The notes under the pieces: generated by a model
Database searches by the model: none
Told to the model about the DNA's origin: nothing
The model's input: only the letters and a program-made list of their open reading frames with translations
Origin: Catajapyx aquilonaris
Lineage: Eukaryota
Length of the DNA: 46,859 nt
Reading direction: 5' to 3'
Assembly: GCA_000934665.2 (NCBI GenBank)
Contig: KZ538797.1
Coordinates: 1 to 46,859, forward strand
Part shown: positions 24,501 to 36,534 of the stretch, one piece after another
How the letters are laid out: each line of letters starts with the position of its first letter
How positions within the stretch are numbered: the stretch's first letter is position 1
Position numbers and translations under genes: made by a program

Positions 24501-27273
24501 TGTTTGTTTTTTGAGGAGTATTTTTTGTGCTCCTGAAAGTACCTAAAGAGTTCAGAGTAATTAGTTTCGCCAATGAAAATCTAGAAAAATATTTGCTAAC
24601 ATACTGTGCAAGTAGAAATGGGCTATAACCTATAAGCGGTAGAGTTCAGAGCAAGAGATATTTGGTTGCACTTTATCTTTTGCCTCAGTTTTGTGATTTT
24701 GTCAGTTTATTGTTGTTATTCGGTTTTTGTTACGGTTTGTGACTTATATTTATACACTAGGTCTATAAAACTTGTCTGGCCTTTTAATATTCTGTAACAT
24801 TATCCTCCATATGCTCGCAAAAGTAAAATTATTGTGCCTATTTGAGGTTTTTTCGTGCCTATTTAAGTGCCTATTTCAGGCGTTTTTAATGCTTAATAAT
24901 CTGGACTGTAAATATTACCAATCAAATTGCATTTACCAAATCATGCATACAGTTATTGGTCAGGAAATATTTAAAATGGAATGGACTGCTGCTTCAGGAT
25001 TAATAACCCCACCTTCCCCCCTTTTTTTCCAGAGGGAAGTAGCTGCGAATTTGGATCCTTGAAATACTATGCCCTCTGTGGATTTGGTGGAATCCTGTCT
25101 TGTGGTATCACCCACACAGCTTTGGTGCCCCTTGACTTGGTCAAGTGCCGCATTCAGGTGAACCCAGACAAGTACAAGTCCATTGTGAATGGGTTCAAGG
25201 TATCGATAAAGGAGGAGGGAGCCCGCAGCTTGCTGAAAGGATGGGCCCCAACCGCTATTGGCTACTCCATGCAGGGGCTGGGCAAGTTTGGATTTTATGA
25301 AGTGTTTAAAATCCTTTATTCTGGAATGCTTGGAGAGGAGAACACATACCTCTGGCGTACCTCCCTCTACCTCGCTGCCTCGGCTTCGGCTGAGTTCTTT
25401 GCCGACATTGCCCTCTGCCCCATGGAAGCAGTCAAAGTGCGGATCCAGACCCAGCCAGGGTTTGCCTCTACCCTCAGAGAGGCTGCTCCACTCATCATGA
25501 GGACTGAAGGGTTCAATGGATTTTACAAGGGGCTGGTCCCACTGTGGATGAGGCAGATCCCATACACCATGATGAAGTTTGCCTGCTTTGAGCGTACTGT
25601 TGAACTGCTCTACAAGTGAGTGCACCATTGCTTCAGTGCCGCTTAAGTGTAGTGTTTTAAATTTGTGTTAATGGTACTGATAATGATATTTGCAGTTTCC
25701 TTTATGCTTGTTGATTTTGCTGGAACTTATGATTAGTATACAGTAGATTGAACAAAATAATATTATCTACATATTGCTGTAGTAGGAGGATTTTAGGTCT
25801 GGTTTTAGGTCAGAAGTAACTAGAGTACTGAAGAGCATTTAAGCCTACCCAGTTTTTAAAAACCAACTGTAATGCCAGACTATACAGTATACTACAAATG
25901 CTGCAATGTTGCAGGTTTTATTTTTGTTTTGTGACATGTCAGTTAGAACCTGCTGCCATAGTGCCCGGATATGAATACAATACAATCCTGGTGGCATCCT
26001 TCCTGATAGTGCCGAGTGTAGGTCATGGAACTTCGTATCATTATCATAAACTATTGCAATTCAATACAGTCCATGACACATGAGTCCCAGATTACTGAAG
26101 TTGCAGGTAATTATCTGTAACGCATGCTCCTTAGATCCGCTCTCAGGTCCATTGGGAGTGAATGAGTCATAAGCATGCAAGATCAATACACCTCCATTAT
26201 TTGACCATACATGTGCAGATTTACTTCAATGGGATGGTGCATTGCTTGAATGGAATGTGACGTTTTGTTGCATTCAGTTTAAGCACAGCGTCGTACAACT
26301 GGAGTTAGACATTTCATTAAGAACTGAGCATTTGTTTGGTTTTTAGGAATGTCACTTGTTTCTGCATATGGCTAGTCAACAATGGGGACATGTGCATTAA
26401 TATAAATGGCTGTTCCTCTACCCAACCTTTTGTGCTGTGTTGTAATTAGACTATGTTTTACAGGCATGTAGTTCCAAAGCCTCGTGCTGACTGCTCAAAG
26501 GCTGAGCAGTTGGTGGTGACCTTCGCTGCTGGTTACATTGCTGGTGTGTTCTGCGCCATTGTGTCCCATCCAGCTGACACTGTTGTTTCCAAGCTTAACC
26601 AAGACAGTGGGTCCACTGCTGTTCAGGTGGCCAAGAAACTGGGCTTTGCAGGTTAGTAATTTGATGATTTAGTTGTCTAGTAAATTTTGATCATTATTGA
26701 AGTGAAATCGCTATTACAGCGAATATTATTAGGGGATGCTTTATGCATATTACGACAAACTCGGTGGAAAAAATTCTGTAATTGCATTCAAGTGAGCGCA
26801 CCATGACATGTCATAGGGTTTGATATCTGCTACGGCTTACATTAGTTGCACTGCAGAAGTGGAAACTAATTTTGTTGGTTCCTTACAATTTCTATGTATT
26901 TGATCTCTCCTTCAGGAGTTACCTTTCAGAAAAATTGATTCTTTCTCAATTAAGATTTCTTGCGAACTTACCCAAGAGTAATATCCATTGAAAGTGGTGT
27001 ACCACATTTCTTGACAGCTCATTGTTTGGGGTTTATTAATTTTTAGGTCCCCTGCTCCATTTTCTTAAAAATGTGCTTGTGTTAAAACAATGATTTCTTT
27101 ACTTCTCAGGACTGTGGAAGGGCCTCACCCCGAGGATCATCATGATTGGTACTCTGACTGCCCTTCAGTGGTTCATTTATGATGCAGTGAAGGTGTGGCT
27201 GGGTATACCTCGCCCACCACCCCCCGAAATGCCGGAGTCGCTGAAAAAGAAGCTAGCTGAGAAGCAGAAGTAG
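21546..27273 (+). CDS. SLC25A3: Mitochondrial phosphate (copper) carrier, copy 1, 365 aa
   Basis: Exons 21546-21708, 25033-25615, 26464-26651, 27110-27273; presequence [61 protein letters not shown]. Confidence 0.96.
22418..22779. mobile_element. Fold-back / MITE with ~130-bp inverted arms in a PiC copy 1 intron
   Basis: 22418-22550 is the near-perfect reverse complement of 22646-22779. Confidence 0.85.
26121..26314 (+). ncRNA. SNORA53: Box H/ACA snoRNA, SNORA53-like, predicted guide for a 28S helix-69 pseudouridine
   Basis: Hairpin GCATGC...GCATGC, H box AGATCA (26180-26185), hairpin CTCCA...TGGAG, ACA at 26309-26311 followed by TTT; pocket CCTTAG / GAGTCATA complementary to 28S UAUGACUC-UC-UUAAGG; vertebrate SNORA53 is hosted in SLC25A3. 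Confidence 0.85.
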
Positions 27274-27921
27274 ACAAAACTTATTTTCCTGATCCCCTGC
27301 CTTTCCAATAACCCTACAGCCAAAAAATTATGACGTGTAGTTCCAGTCCCAAAAATAGTGCACGCGAACAAGATTTACGAATAAAAAATTTATCACTGCA
27401 ATTATGGAAATAATCTGCCATAAAAGTTGTGGAAAGGTAGTAGGTTCTTCACACCCAGATGAAATAGTATTGTTGTTGCGGAGGGAAGGTTGTGTCATCG
27501 CAAAGCTATCAGCGAAGTATTTATTGTTGACGGTGCTGTTGTTCTGCCCTTTCCTTCATCAATGCAATAAAATGAGTAAAGACATGTGAATGCTATCAAT
27601 ATTTTGTTGCCCATTTTGCATTGCTACTCCAAAGGGTGGTGTATTTTGACTGACTGTACTGCAATGTAATTGAGCCTTTGAATAGTATATCAGTCACAAG
27701 CTATTTTGTCAGATTTTCACTTAATTTGTGTTCATACTTGTACAAGTGGGATTCGCAAATTCAGCATCAAGTGATTGGGGGCAGGAAATCGGCACTTTGG
27801 GAGAAGAAAGTGAGTGGCAGGTGGCAAGGACTAAGCATTGTAACAATTGACTTTAATAATCATAATCTGGATATACAAATGCCTGTAGAAAAATTCTGTT
27901 ATGCACCACAGCTAACTGCAC

Positions 27922-28790
27922 CTCTTCTTGGCCTCTTCTGCCGTGAGCCACTGGAAAAAGTTGCAGCTGGCATCTGCGTTTGAACTGTGTCCAACATCTG
28001 TGGCCAGCTCCAGAACTGCTTGTTGAAATTGGGTCCCTTTTTCTTGACTGTGCGCAACACACAATCACACTCCACCAGTAGAAGTATTGTATGTCACAAA
28101 AAGGTAATTTGACAGGAGAGCCAAAAGATCACATTTGATGGGAAATTTTAACACTACGTCACAATAATTTTTGGGCCAAATATTACCATTCTTGTACTGG
28201 TGTATGCGTTGCACACTGAGCTACCCAGGGAAGGACATGTCTCCTTTTCTTCAAAATGTGGACATACAATACTTCTACTGGTGGAATGTGACATGCTTCC
28301 CCATGACCCATGCACTTTGGAGGTGACTTGGGGCCTGTCAAGACCAATTTCCAGGCAGCAGCCAATCTACCATTTCCTTCCTGGGAGTCTGATCCCTGTA
28401 AACTGGCATCACTACTGAACTCGCTACCTGTGACAGAGCTGTCTGTACTGCACTGGAAATCGGGAATTGTATTGGCAGTACTGTCCGGTTGCAATTGAAG
28501 AGGGTTTTCCACACCATCCGCAGGAGATACAGTATGTCTGTGATGGTCTGCAAGTCAACGTTTGGCATGCCACATATGCTCAATTGAGATACAGTTTTAG
28601 AATCGAATACTCCACTTGAGTTTGTATTGGTTACCTTCCAGGGGAAAAATTTGATATGCCCTGCTGCTTTGTACTGCAATTGGCACTCAACTTCTGCTTC
28701 TTTGCTGGTGATGGACTCATTGTACCCTTGGCCATTTGTTTGCTTGACTGGACATTGACACCAATCTCTGCTGCTTGCCTGAAAACTCTG
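27922..28790 (-). pseudogene. Decayed 3' fragment of APEX2 (copy A)
   Basis: Colinear with ~39740-40385; deletions, frameshifts and a MITE insertion; catalytic 5' part absent. Confidence 0.9.
28065..28291. mobile_element. MITE inserted in the APEX2 pseudogene
   Basis: ~30-bp TIRs CACACTCCACCAGTAGAAGTATTGTATGTC / GACATACAATACTTCTACTGGTGGAATGTG; absent from intact APEX2 at ~39885. Confidence 0.88.
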
Positions 28791-30183
28791 ACAAAGTTAC
28801 TCTTCTTACCCTCCTAAATTTTGAAAATATTTGGATTTTCTAATTCTGCTTGGCCTAGTGTTGTCCAAACATCACCTCTGCTGCTAATTTTCACGTCAAA
28901 ATACAAGCTAAAGGCAATATTCCGAAGCCACAACACCTAGCGGTCAGTCGTGGGTCACTGGTCCCTGGTCGCTGTGACTGTAGCGCTCTCGAGGGTGGCA
29001 CAAAGGAGTTTAATATCACCTCACACGCTTCAAAATCGATTTTGTGTAGCAATTTATGAATCATGTTTAATCAATCATTTACATATCATTGATGTCAGTC
29101 CTGACGACCAGCGACCCGCCACCCTCGACCGGTTGCAGGTTTATGACCTTTAGAAGATACCTGGTTTATGCTGTGCTTAAGAAAACCTCGCCTTATACCG
29201 GCATACCAGCTGAGACAAGCATGCCGGTACAGCCACCAGATCGAGCATTTAAAAAAACTGGTCGACATCTCCTACACCGGCCTGCCGCAATAAGTGAGGT
29301 AATACCTTTGGTAATACGGTGTAATTAAGTAATGTAACATAATATTTATTATTATGAATAGAATTTATAATAATTGAATCCTTATATTGAAGCTGCAGGA
29401 ACCAAGAGCGATCCCATTATGCTCAATCGGGGGCCCACTTCCGTCGTGACCTTGAAGTGAACTGGAGACAACCGTAGGCCACTCATTCGCTGTAAAGGCC
29501 ATTTCACAGAAAAATGAAGGAAAAATGTCGCGCGGCAAACGGCGCGACTTGCGGCAAATTTTTTATTTATATTTATTGTTGCCAATAGACATGAAGGCCG
29601 CGGTAATTTTGCGACCGACCAACAAATGGCCAGTTGATAAACAAAAATTGACGTTGCCAGTTGATGGTATCATTATGAACAAATGAAGTAATGACCCCCC
29701 CCCCCCCCCANTCATAACTCCAATCCTGTAGCAGGTAGAACTGTGAGGTTTTGGACATAGATCCGCACCATCCTAATGCGCATTCGGCTCTTTGATTAAG
29801 AAACCGAATTACGAATAGTTATTGAGCAATAAAAACAAACCACGTATTTTAGCGGGTTTAAATTTTTTTGCGGCGTTTCGAAGAGGTAAATGGCGGGAAT
29901 GCACTTCACGACCGGTGGGGATATGCGTTCAAAATGTGGCAGCTCTACCTGCAGCAGAACTTGAGTTAGGGCGAATTTTTTAAAAAACCTAACAACAACA
30001 ACAAGCTGCTGTTGATTAAAAAATCATTGTTGAAATGCTATGCTACGGTCTTATTTAGGAAATAATCTAAATCTACACTGGCCACATCGGAAAAGGTATA
30101 ATAACGTCCACCTCTGGCTCCTCTCCCTTTTGGCCCACTGGCCCCTTCCTGCAACCTTTGCCCTCCCTTTTGCAGCTCCAGCC

Positions 30184-33100
30184 ATGTTGTACCGGTCCCT
30201 GTTGGATGCGGCCAAGACCAACCCCTTCGGCGGCCCCATCCGCGCCGCCTCCTGCGAGCCAGGACCTAACAATGCAGCGGTGCCCACCGTGGTCGAGCCA
30301 GGGAGCAAGTTGGTCCAGGGGAGGCGCATACAGGCCGCGGCCGCGGCAGGGAAGCCCGCGGCGCCATCAGGTCAGTTGGTCACCATGGCCTGGAAGGCTT
30401 CACTGGCCCTTTGGGTTAACTCATAAAGGGTTCGAGGCATGAGCGTAGAGTTTAGCATGTAAAAATGTTGTACGCAACATGCTAGCGACATGCTAGCTCC
30501 TCAACTAAACCGTTTAAGTACCAGTACGTAAAAAACATGTCTCCTCATGTTTTATATGGGTCGCTGATTTCGATTTTTAGGTTATTTTGAACCTGGACCT
30601 ACAGGGTGTACCATGAAAGACCATCGAATTTTAGAACTTGTAGTATCTACATTATACAGTATGTACGGATAGGCTAAAATAATATTTTCCAATGTGTTGG
30701 AGAACACTGATTTTGATTTTTAGGCTACATCGAACCCGGACCAACACCTTGTACCAACAACACCATAAAATTTGGGAGCGTATGAAATAAATTGGCAGTT
30801 GAAAATGATGTTTCTGTACAAAACCGCAGTTGCTGTTTTAAATTATGTAGTATTTTGTTATGTAGGCACTCAAAAATTTAGGAAACACACTGTGCTTCTG
30901 AAAAAGAGTAGAAGTTATTAATTCATGACCTTTGAAATTCAGTTTAGGACATAAACTGAACCTCCTTTGAATGCATCTCTCAGGTGTTTTAACCCTGGAA
31001 CCGTGCCTGCAAGTATTACGGCAACCGTGCCGTGGGGTCTTTTCGGACCCCACCATATTTTAATTTTTATTAAATATTATATAATACTTTTCAATGTATT
31101 GACTATATACAATCATTCGTTGAACAATGTCTAAAAGGATCGCTAATTCAAAATAAACCTGCACTTCCTGTTATATACTTTATAATTGATATTAAGGAGG
31201 TTGGCCTAGCATTGCCTTTCAACCTCCAAGGATAGGGAAGGAAGGGAGCGGCTGTGACCTATAATACGGAAGCGACCCCGGAATTATCCTAGAAAGACCG
31301 TGGAAAACCACAGAAAACCACGGTCAGGGTTGCCGGCCCCGGGATTCGAACCCAGGACCTCCCGATTAGCAGTCGGACGCCCTATCCACTATGCCAACCT
31401 GCTTCGGTTCCTGTTATATACTGTAAGAAAATCTCAAAAGTTCATTGTAATTATCATTTTAATGCATTTTTTTCCTTGGGGTCCAAAAAGACCCCATGGC
31501 ACGGTTCCAGGGTTAATTTCTAAAATTGCGTTGGATTATGATTTTCTAGTTACAGTACTCCCTGGTTGTCATCATAACAGCAATTTCTTGGTTGGGCCAC
31601 ATTTAGCTGCTTCCGCAGGATAGGGTTTATCATACGAATACCAAAAATATCAAGTTATTTTTAAAAATTTATTTCATGAAAATTAAAAATAATTATTAGT
31701 ACATAAAGAAATTATGTAATTCTTCTTGTAACCCTCTCAATTAATTAAGGACATTATTTGCAATAATTTATACCATTTATCCGACAAGTTATTAAATGCA
31801 ACAGTGTTTCGTAATATCCTGTAGGTCTTGGTTCAAAATAACCTTGATATCAAAATTAGAGACCGCAAAAGCATCAGAAAATGTTATTTGCACCTACTTG
31901 TAGTGTTTTTTTCGAGTTTTTTTTCTAGAAGTTTTTAAATTCCATGGCGAATGTTTGGTACACCCTGTAGGTCCCTGTCCAGGTTTAAAATAACCTAAAA
32001 ATCGAAATCAGCGACCCCTAAAACATGGGGATCAAACACACTATGTGACGCCTCTAACTGTCTGTTAACATTGATAATTTCAAAATACCATGTGACCTGG
32101 GGGGGGGGGGGGGGGGGGGGGNAGGCTGTGTGTCAAAAAATCGGTTTCACATGGTATTTGTACGTCATGTAAATGTGATAACAAATGTGGAAGTCCAGAA
32201 ACAAGGTGTGTGGTGGTGTGGTGTGTTATGTTCATATAAATATACAGTGTATATCGACTTTTCCAAACGTCAGTGTGGTATGCATGATAAGGCTTATTTT
32301 GTTCAAAAATTCCCACTTAAATTACATTTACCAAATCATGCATAAGCTACAGTCAATGATCAGGAAATATTTATAATGGAATGGACTGCTGCTACAGGAT
32401 TAATAACCCCAACTGCCCCTTTTTTCCAGAGGTATATAGCTGCGAATTTGGATCCATGAAATACTATGCCCTCTGTAGCTTTGGTGGAAGCCTGGCTTGC
32501 GGTATCACCCACACAGCTGTTGTGCCCCTTGACATGGTCAAGTGCCGCATTCAGGTGGACCCAGACAAGTACAAATCCATTGTGAATGGGTTCAAGGTAT
32601 CGATAAAGGACGAGGGAGCCCGCAGCTTGCTGAAAGGATGGGCCCCAACCGCGATTGGCTACTCAATGCAGGGGCTGGGCAAGTTTGGATTTTATGAAGT
32701 TTTTAAAATCCTTTATGCTGGAATGCTTGGAGACGAGAACGCATACCTCTGGCGTACCTCCCTCTACCTCGCCGCCTCGGCTTCGGCTGAGTTCTTTGCC
32801 GACATTGCCCTCTGCCCCATGGAAGCAGTCAAAGTGCGGATCCAGACCCAGCCAGGGTTTGCCTCTACCCTCAGAGAGGCTGCTCCACTCATCATGAGGA
32901 CCGAAGGGATCAATGGATTTTACAAGGGGCTGGTCCCACTGTGGATGAGGCAGATCCCATACACCATGATGAAATTTGCCTGCTTTGAGCTTACTGTTGA
33001 ACTGCTCTACAAGTGAGTGCACCACTACTTCAGTGCCACTTAAGTGTAGCGTTTTAAATTTGTGTTAATAATACTGATAATTATATTTGCAGTTTCCTTT

Positions 33101-34422
33101 TTATTTCTTGATTTTGCTGTATACAGTAGATTGAACAAAAATTATCTGCATATTGCTGTAATAAAAGGGTTTTTAGGCCAGGATTGAGGTCAGAAGTAAC
33201 GGGTACCCAGTTTTTGAGGACCAACTGTAATGCCAGGCTATACAGCATACTACAAAATAATGCTGCCATAGTGCCCAGATATGAATACAATGCAATCCTG
33301 GTGGCATGCTTGGTGATAGTGCCAAGCGTAGGTCATGCAACTTTATATCATTGTTATAAACTACTACAATTCAATACAGTCCATGACTCATGGGGCCCAG
33401 ATTACTGAAGTTGCAGGTAATTGTCTGTAACGTTTTGTTCGTCTCACGACGTTTCATTAAGAACTGAGCATTTGTTTGGTTTTTAGGAATGCCACTTGTT
33501 TCTGCATATGGCTAGTCAACAATGGGGACATGCACATTAATAAAATTAGCTGTTCCTCCACCCAACCTTTTGTGCTGTGTTGTAATTATATTATGTTTTA
33601 CAGGCATGTAGTTCCAAAGCCTCGTGCTGACTGCTCAAAGCCTGAGCAGTTGGTGGTGACCTTCGCTGCTGGTTACATTGCTGGTGTGTTCTGCGCCATT
33701 GTGTCCCATCCAGCTGACACTGTTGTTTCCAAGCTTAACCAAGAGAGTGGGTCCACTGCCGTTCAGGTGGCCAAAAAACTGGGCTTTGCAGGTTAGTATA
33801 GTTTGCTGATTTAGTTGTCTGCTATCTACTAATTTTGATCACTATTGGAGTGAAAGTGCTATTACAGCCAAAATTATTGGGAGATGCTTTATGGAACAAT
33901 TTACGACATACTCAGTGGAAAAAATTCTGTCTTGGTATTCAAGTTAGCGCAGCATGTCATAGGGTTTGATTTCTGCATCAGTGGCTACTAGTTTCGTTGG
34001 TGCCTTACAATTTTAACGAATTTGATCTCTCCTACTGGAGTTACCTTTCAGACAAATTGATTGCTTTCTCAATTAAGATCTTGCCAACATCCCCAAAGAG
34101 TATAATCAATTGAAAGTGGTGTAAAACTTACCACATTTCTTGCCAGCTCATTGTTTGTGGTTTTATGGTATGGTGGTTTTGTGGTATTTTTGGTTCCCCT
34201 GGTCCATTTTCTTAAACATGTGCTTGTGTTAGCTCAATATGTTTTCTTTATTTCTCAGGACTGTGGAAGGGCCTGGCCCCGAGGATCATCATGATTGGTA
34301 CACTGACTGCCCTTCAGTGGTTCATTTATGATGCAGTGAAGGTGTGGCTGGGTATACCTCGCCCACCACCCCCCGAAATGCCAGAGTCTCTGAAAAAGAA
34401 GCTAGCCATGAAGCAGAAGTAG
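30184..34422 (+). CDS. SLC25A3: Mitochondrial phosphate (copper) carrier, copy 2, 373 aa
   Basis: Exons 30184-30370, 32430-33012, 33604-33791, 34259-34422; frame and GT-AG sites intact. Confidence 0.9.
30993..31512. mobile_element. piggyBac-type MITE (TTAA target)
   Basis: TTAA|CCCTGGAACCGTGCC ... GGCACGGTTCCAGGG|TTAA, with subterminal GGGGTC-N-GACCCC palindromes. Confidence 0.88.
31180..31407 (-). mobile_element. Second family of tRNA-derived SINE, nested in the piggyBac MITE
   Basis: Minus strand: TGGCATAGTGG A-box, GGTTCGAATCCC B-box; 15-bp TSD TTCCTGTTATATACT at 31165-31179 and 31408-31422. Confidence 0.88.
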
Positions 34423-34934
34423 ACGAAAATTATATTCCTGATCCCCTGCCTTTCCAACAACCCTACAGCCAAAATTTGATGACGTGTAGTTCCAGTCCCA
34501 AAAATAGCACACGCAAACAAGATTTACGAATGAAAAAACAATTATGGGAATAGTCTGCCATGAAAGTTGTGGGACGGTAGTAGGTTCTTCACACCCATAT
34601 GAAATTGAATTGTTATTGCTGAGGAAAGGTTGTGTCATCGTAAAGCTATCAGTGAAGTATTTATTGTTGCCTGTGCTGTTGTTCTGCCCTTTCCTTCGTC
34701 AATGCAATAAAATGAGTAAAGACATGTGAAAGCTATCAATATTTTGCTGCCCATTTTGTACTGTTACTTCAAAGGGTGGTGTATTGACTGACTCTACTGC
34801 AATGTGTTGAGCCTTTGAATAGTACTGGAGTCACAAGCTATTTTGGGAGATTTTCTGTTAATTTGTGTTCATACTTGTAAAGTGGGATTCACAAATTCAG
34901 GATGAAGTGATTGGGGGCAGGAAATCGGCACTTT

Positions 34935-35220
34935 TTTTAAAATATATACATCCCATGATAGGGCCCGAAGCCTTCTTGGGGGGACGGGGACGGGACGTTC
35001 CCAAGGGAGGGTGCTGTGCTGTAGTCATTTCTGATATTCTTGAACACGAAACCTTTTCTCCTGGCCCTGGACAGAGTCGAGTGCATTTCTTCCCCGGCAT
35101 GTTGGGTGAAAAGCGGAAAAACACTTTACCAAGCAGCATTGACGGGGACGGAATTTGAACCCTGGACCTCCCGCTTGGCTGGTCAGTAGCATAGCCACTA
35201 GACCACCATGCCTCCCTCTG
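34935..35220 (-). mobile_element. Third family of tRNA-derived SINE
   Basis: Minus strand: TGGTCTAGTGG, GGTTCAAATTCC; 15-bp TSD GGAAATCGGCACTTT at 34920-34934 and 35221-35235; empty site at ~27784. Confidence 0.9.
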
Positions 35221-35376
35221 GGAAATCGGCACTTTGGGAGTAGAAAGTGAGTGGTAGATGGCAAGGGAAGCGATCACAGCTTGACCAAACATTGTAACAA
35301 TTTACTTTTAATACTCGTAATCTGGATATACAAATGCCTGTAGAAAAATTATGTTATGCACAACAGCTAAACTTCC

Positions 35377-36333
35377 CTTCTTCTAGGCGTTTTCTGCCTT
35401 GAGCCATTGGAAAAAGTTGCAGATGGCATCTGCGTTTGCACTGTGTCCAACACCTCATGGACACCTCCGGAACTGCCTGTTGAAATTGGGTCCCTTTTTC
35501 TTGACCGTGTGCAACATATGCTTCCCTGGTGACTTGGGGGCTGTAAAGACCATTTTCCAAGCAGCAGCCAATCCACCCTTTCCTTCCTGGGAGCCTGATT
35601 CCTGTAAATTGGCACCTCTACTGAACTCGCTACCTGTGACAGAGCTGTCCGTACTGGACTGCAAATCTGGAATTGGACTGGCAGTACGATCCGATTGCAA
35701 TTGAGGAGGGTTTTCCACATCATTATTATGTCTGTGATGGTGTGCAAATCAGCATTTGGCATATCACATGTGCTCAAGACAATTGAAGGGCTCCATGGAA
35801 GAAAGGGGTAAACTAGAGGGGAATTCCCATCTAGTTACCCCCTTCTTCCATGGAGTCCTTCAATTGAGAGCCAGTTTTAGAATCACATACTCCACTTGAG
35901 TTTTTATTGGTTACCTTCCAGGAGAAAAACTTTGATAAGTCCTGCTGCTTTGCACTGCAATTGGCTGTTTGGCACTGAACTTCTGCTTCTTTGCTGGTGA
36001 TTACGGACCCCTTGTACACTTGGCCATTTGTTTCCTAGACTGAACATTATTGACACCAAGCTCTGCTGCTTGCCTGAAAACTCGGCGAAGAATTTTGTGC
36101 AATGCCTTGGATGCTTCTCTGCTTTTACCAAGTGGAAGCTGAATGTGACCTGAACTGGATAATGATCACTTCCTAGAACATCATGCAACATATCTGATTC
36201 CTCCAGCACTGATGTCATCTTTTTGTCAGCAATAATGTAGTCCAGTCTTGTATCATAGGTATTTTCACGTGCATTTAAATATGTGCACCAGCAAGTAAAT
36301 GCACCAGATTCTTTTGGATACAGGTACCTGAAA
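35377..36333 (-). pseudogene. Decayed 3' fragment of APEX2 (copy B)
   Basis: Colinear with ~39740-40633 (FTCWCTYLNAREN, RLDYII, GSDHYPV); frameshifts and an ~85-bp palindromic insertion at ~35780-35866. Confidence 0.9.
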
Positions 36334-36534
36334 ACAACGTTCATTTAGCTGCTGAACTTTGATCCCCTGTGATTATCCGAATCAGCCTATCACATTTTGA
36401 GATAATCAGGGAAGTGGCCATATTGGAAAAGGTAATGTCCACAGTCCACCTCTGGCTCCTGTCCCTTTTGGCCCTTTGGCCCTCTTGTATAGCTCTTTCC
36501 TGCAACCTTTGCCCTCCTTTTTGCAGCTCCAGCC

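Larger units (their letters stand above)
30540..32031. mobile_element. Element with long inverted termini in PiC copy 2 intron 1 (related sequence at ~1243-1320)
   Basis: CATGTTTT..GGGTCGCTGATTTCGATTTTTAGGTTATTTT..ACCTGGAC (~30546-30600) inverted at ~31976-32027. Confidence 0.65.

Noticed and set aside
24981..25032. [11 protein letters not shown]-terminus for PiC from the ORF track
   Set aside because: Intronic sequence before the acceptor at 25032; frameshifted in copy 3.
24960..25628. 222-aa antisense ORF over PiC exon 2 (similar ones in copies 2 and 3)
   Set aside because: Codon-bias shadow; length not preserved among copies.
31335..31405. tRNA-Ser(GCT) gene on the minus strand
   Set aside because: No long variable arm or proper acceptor stem; continues into a SINE body bounded by a 15-bp TSD.
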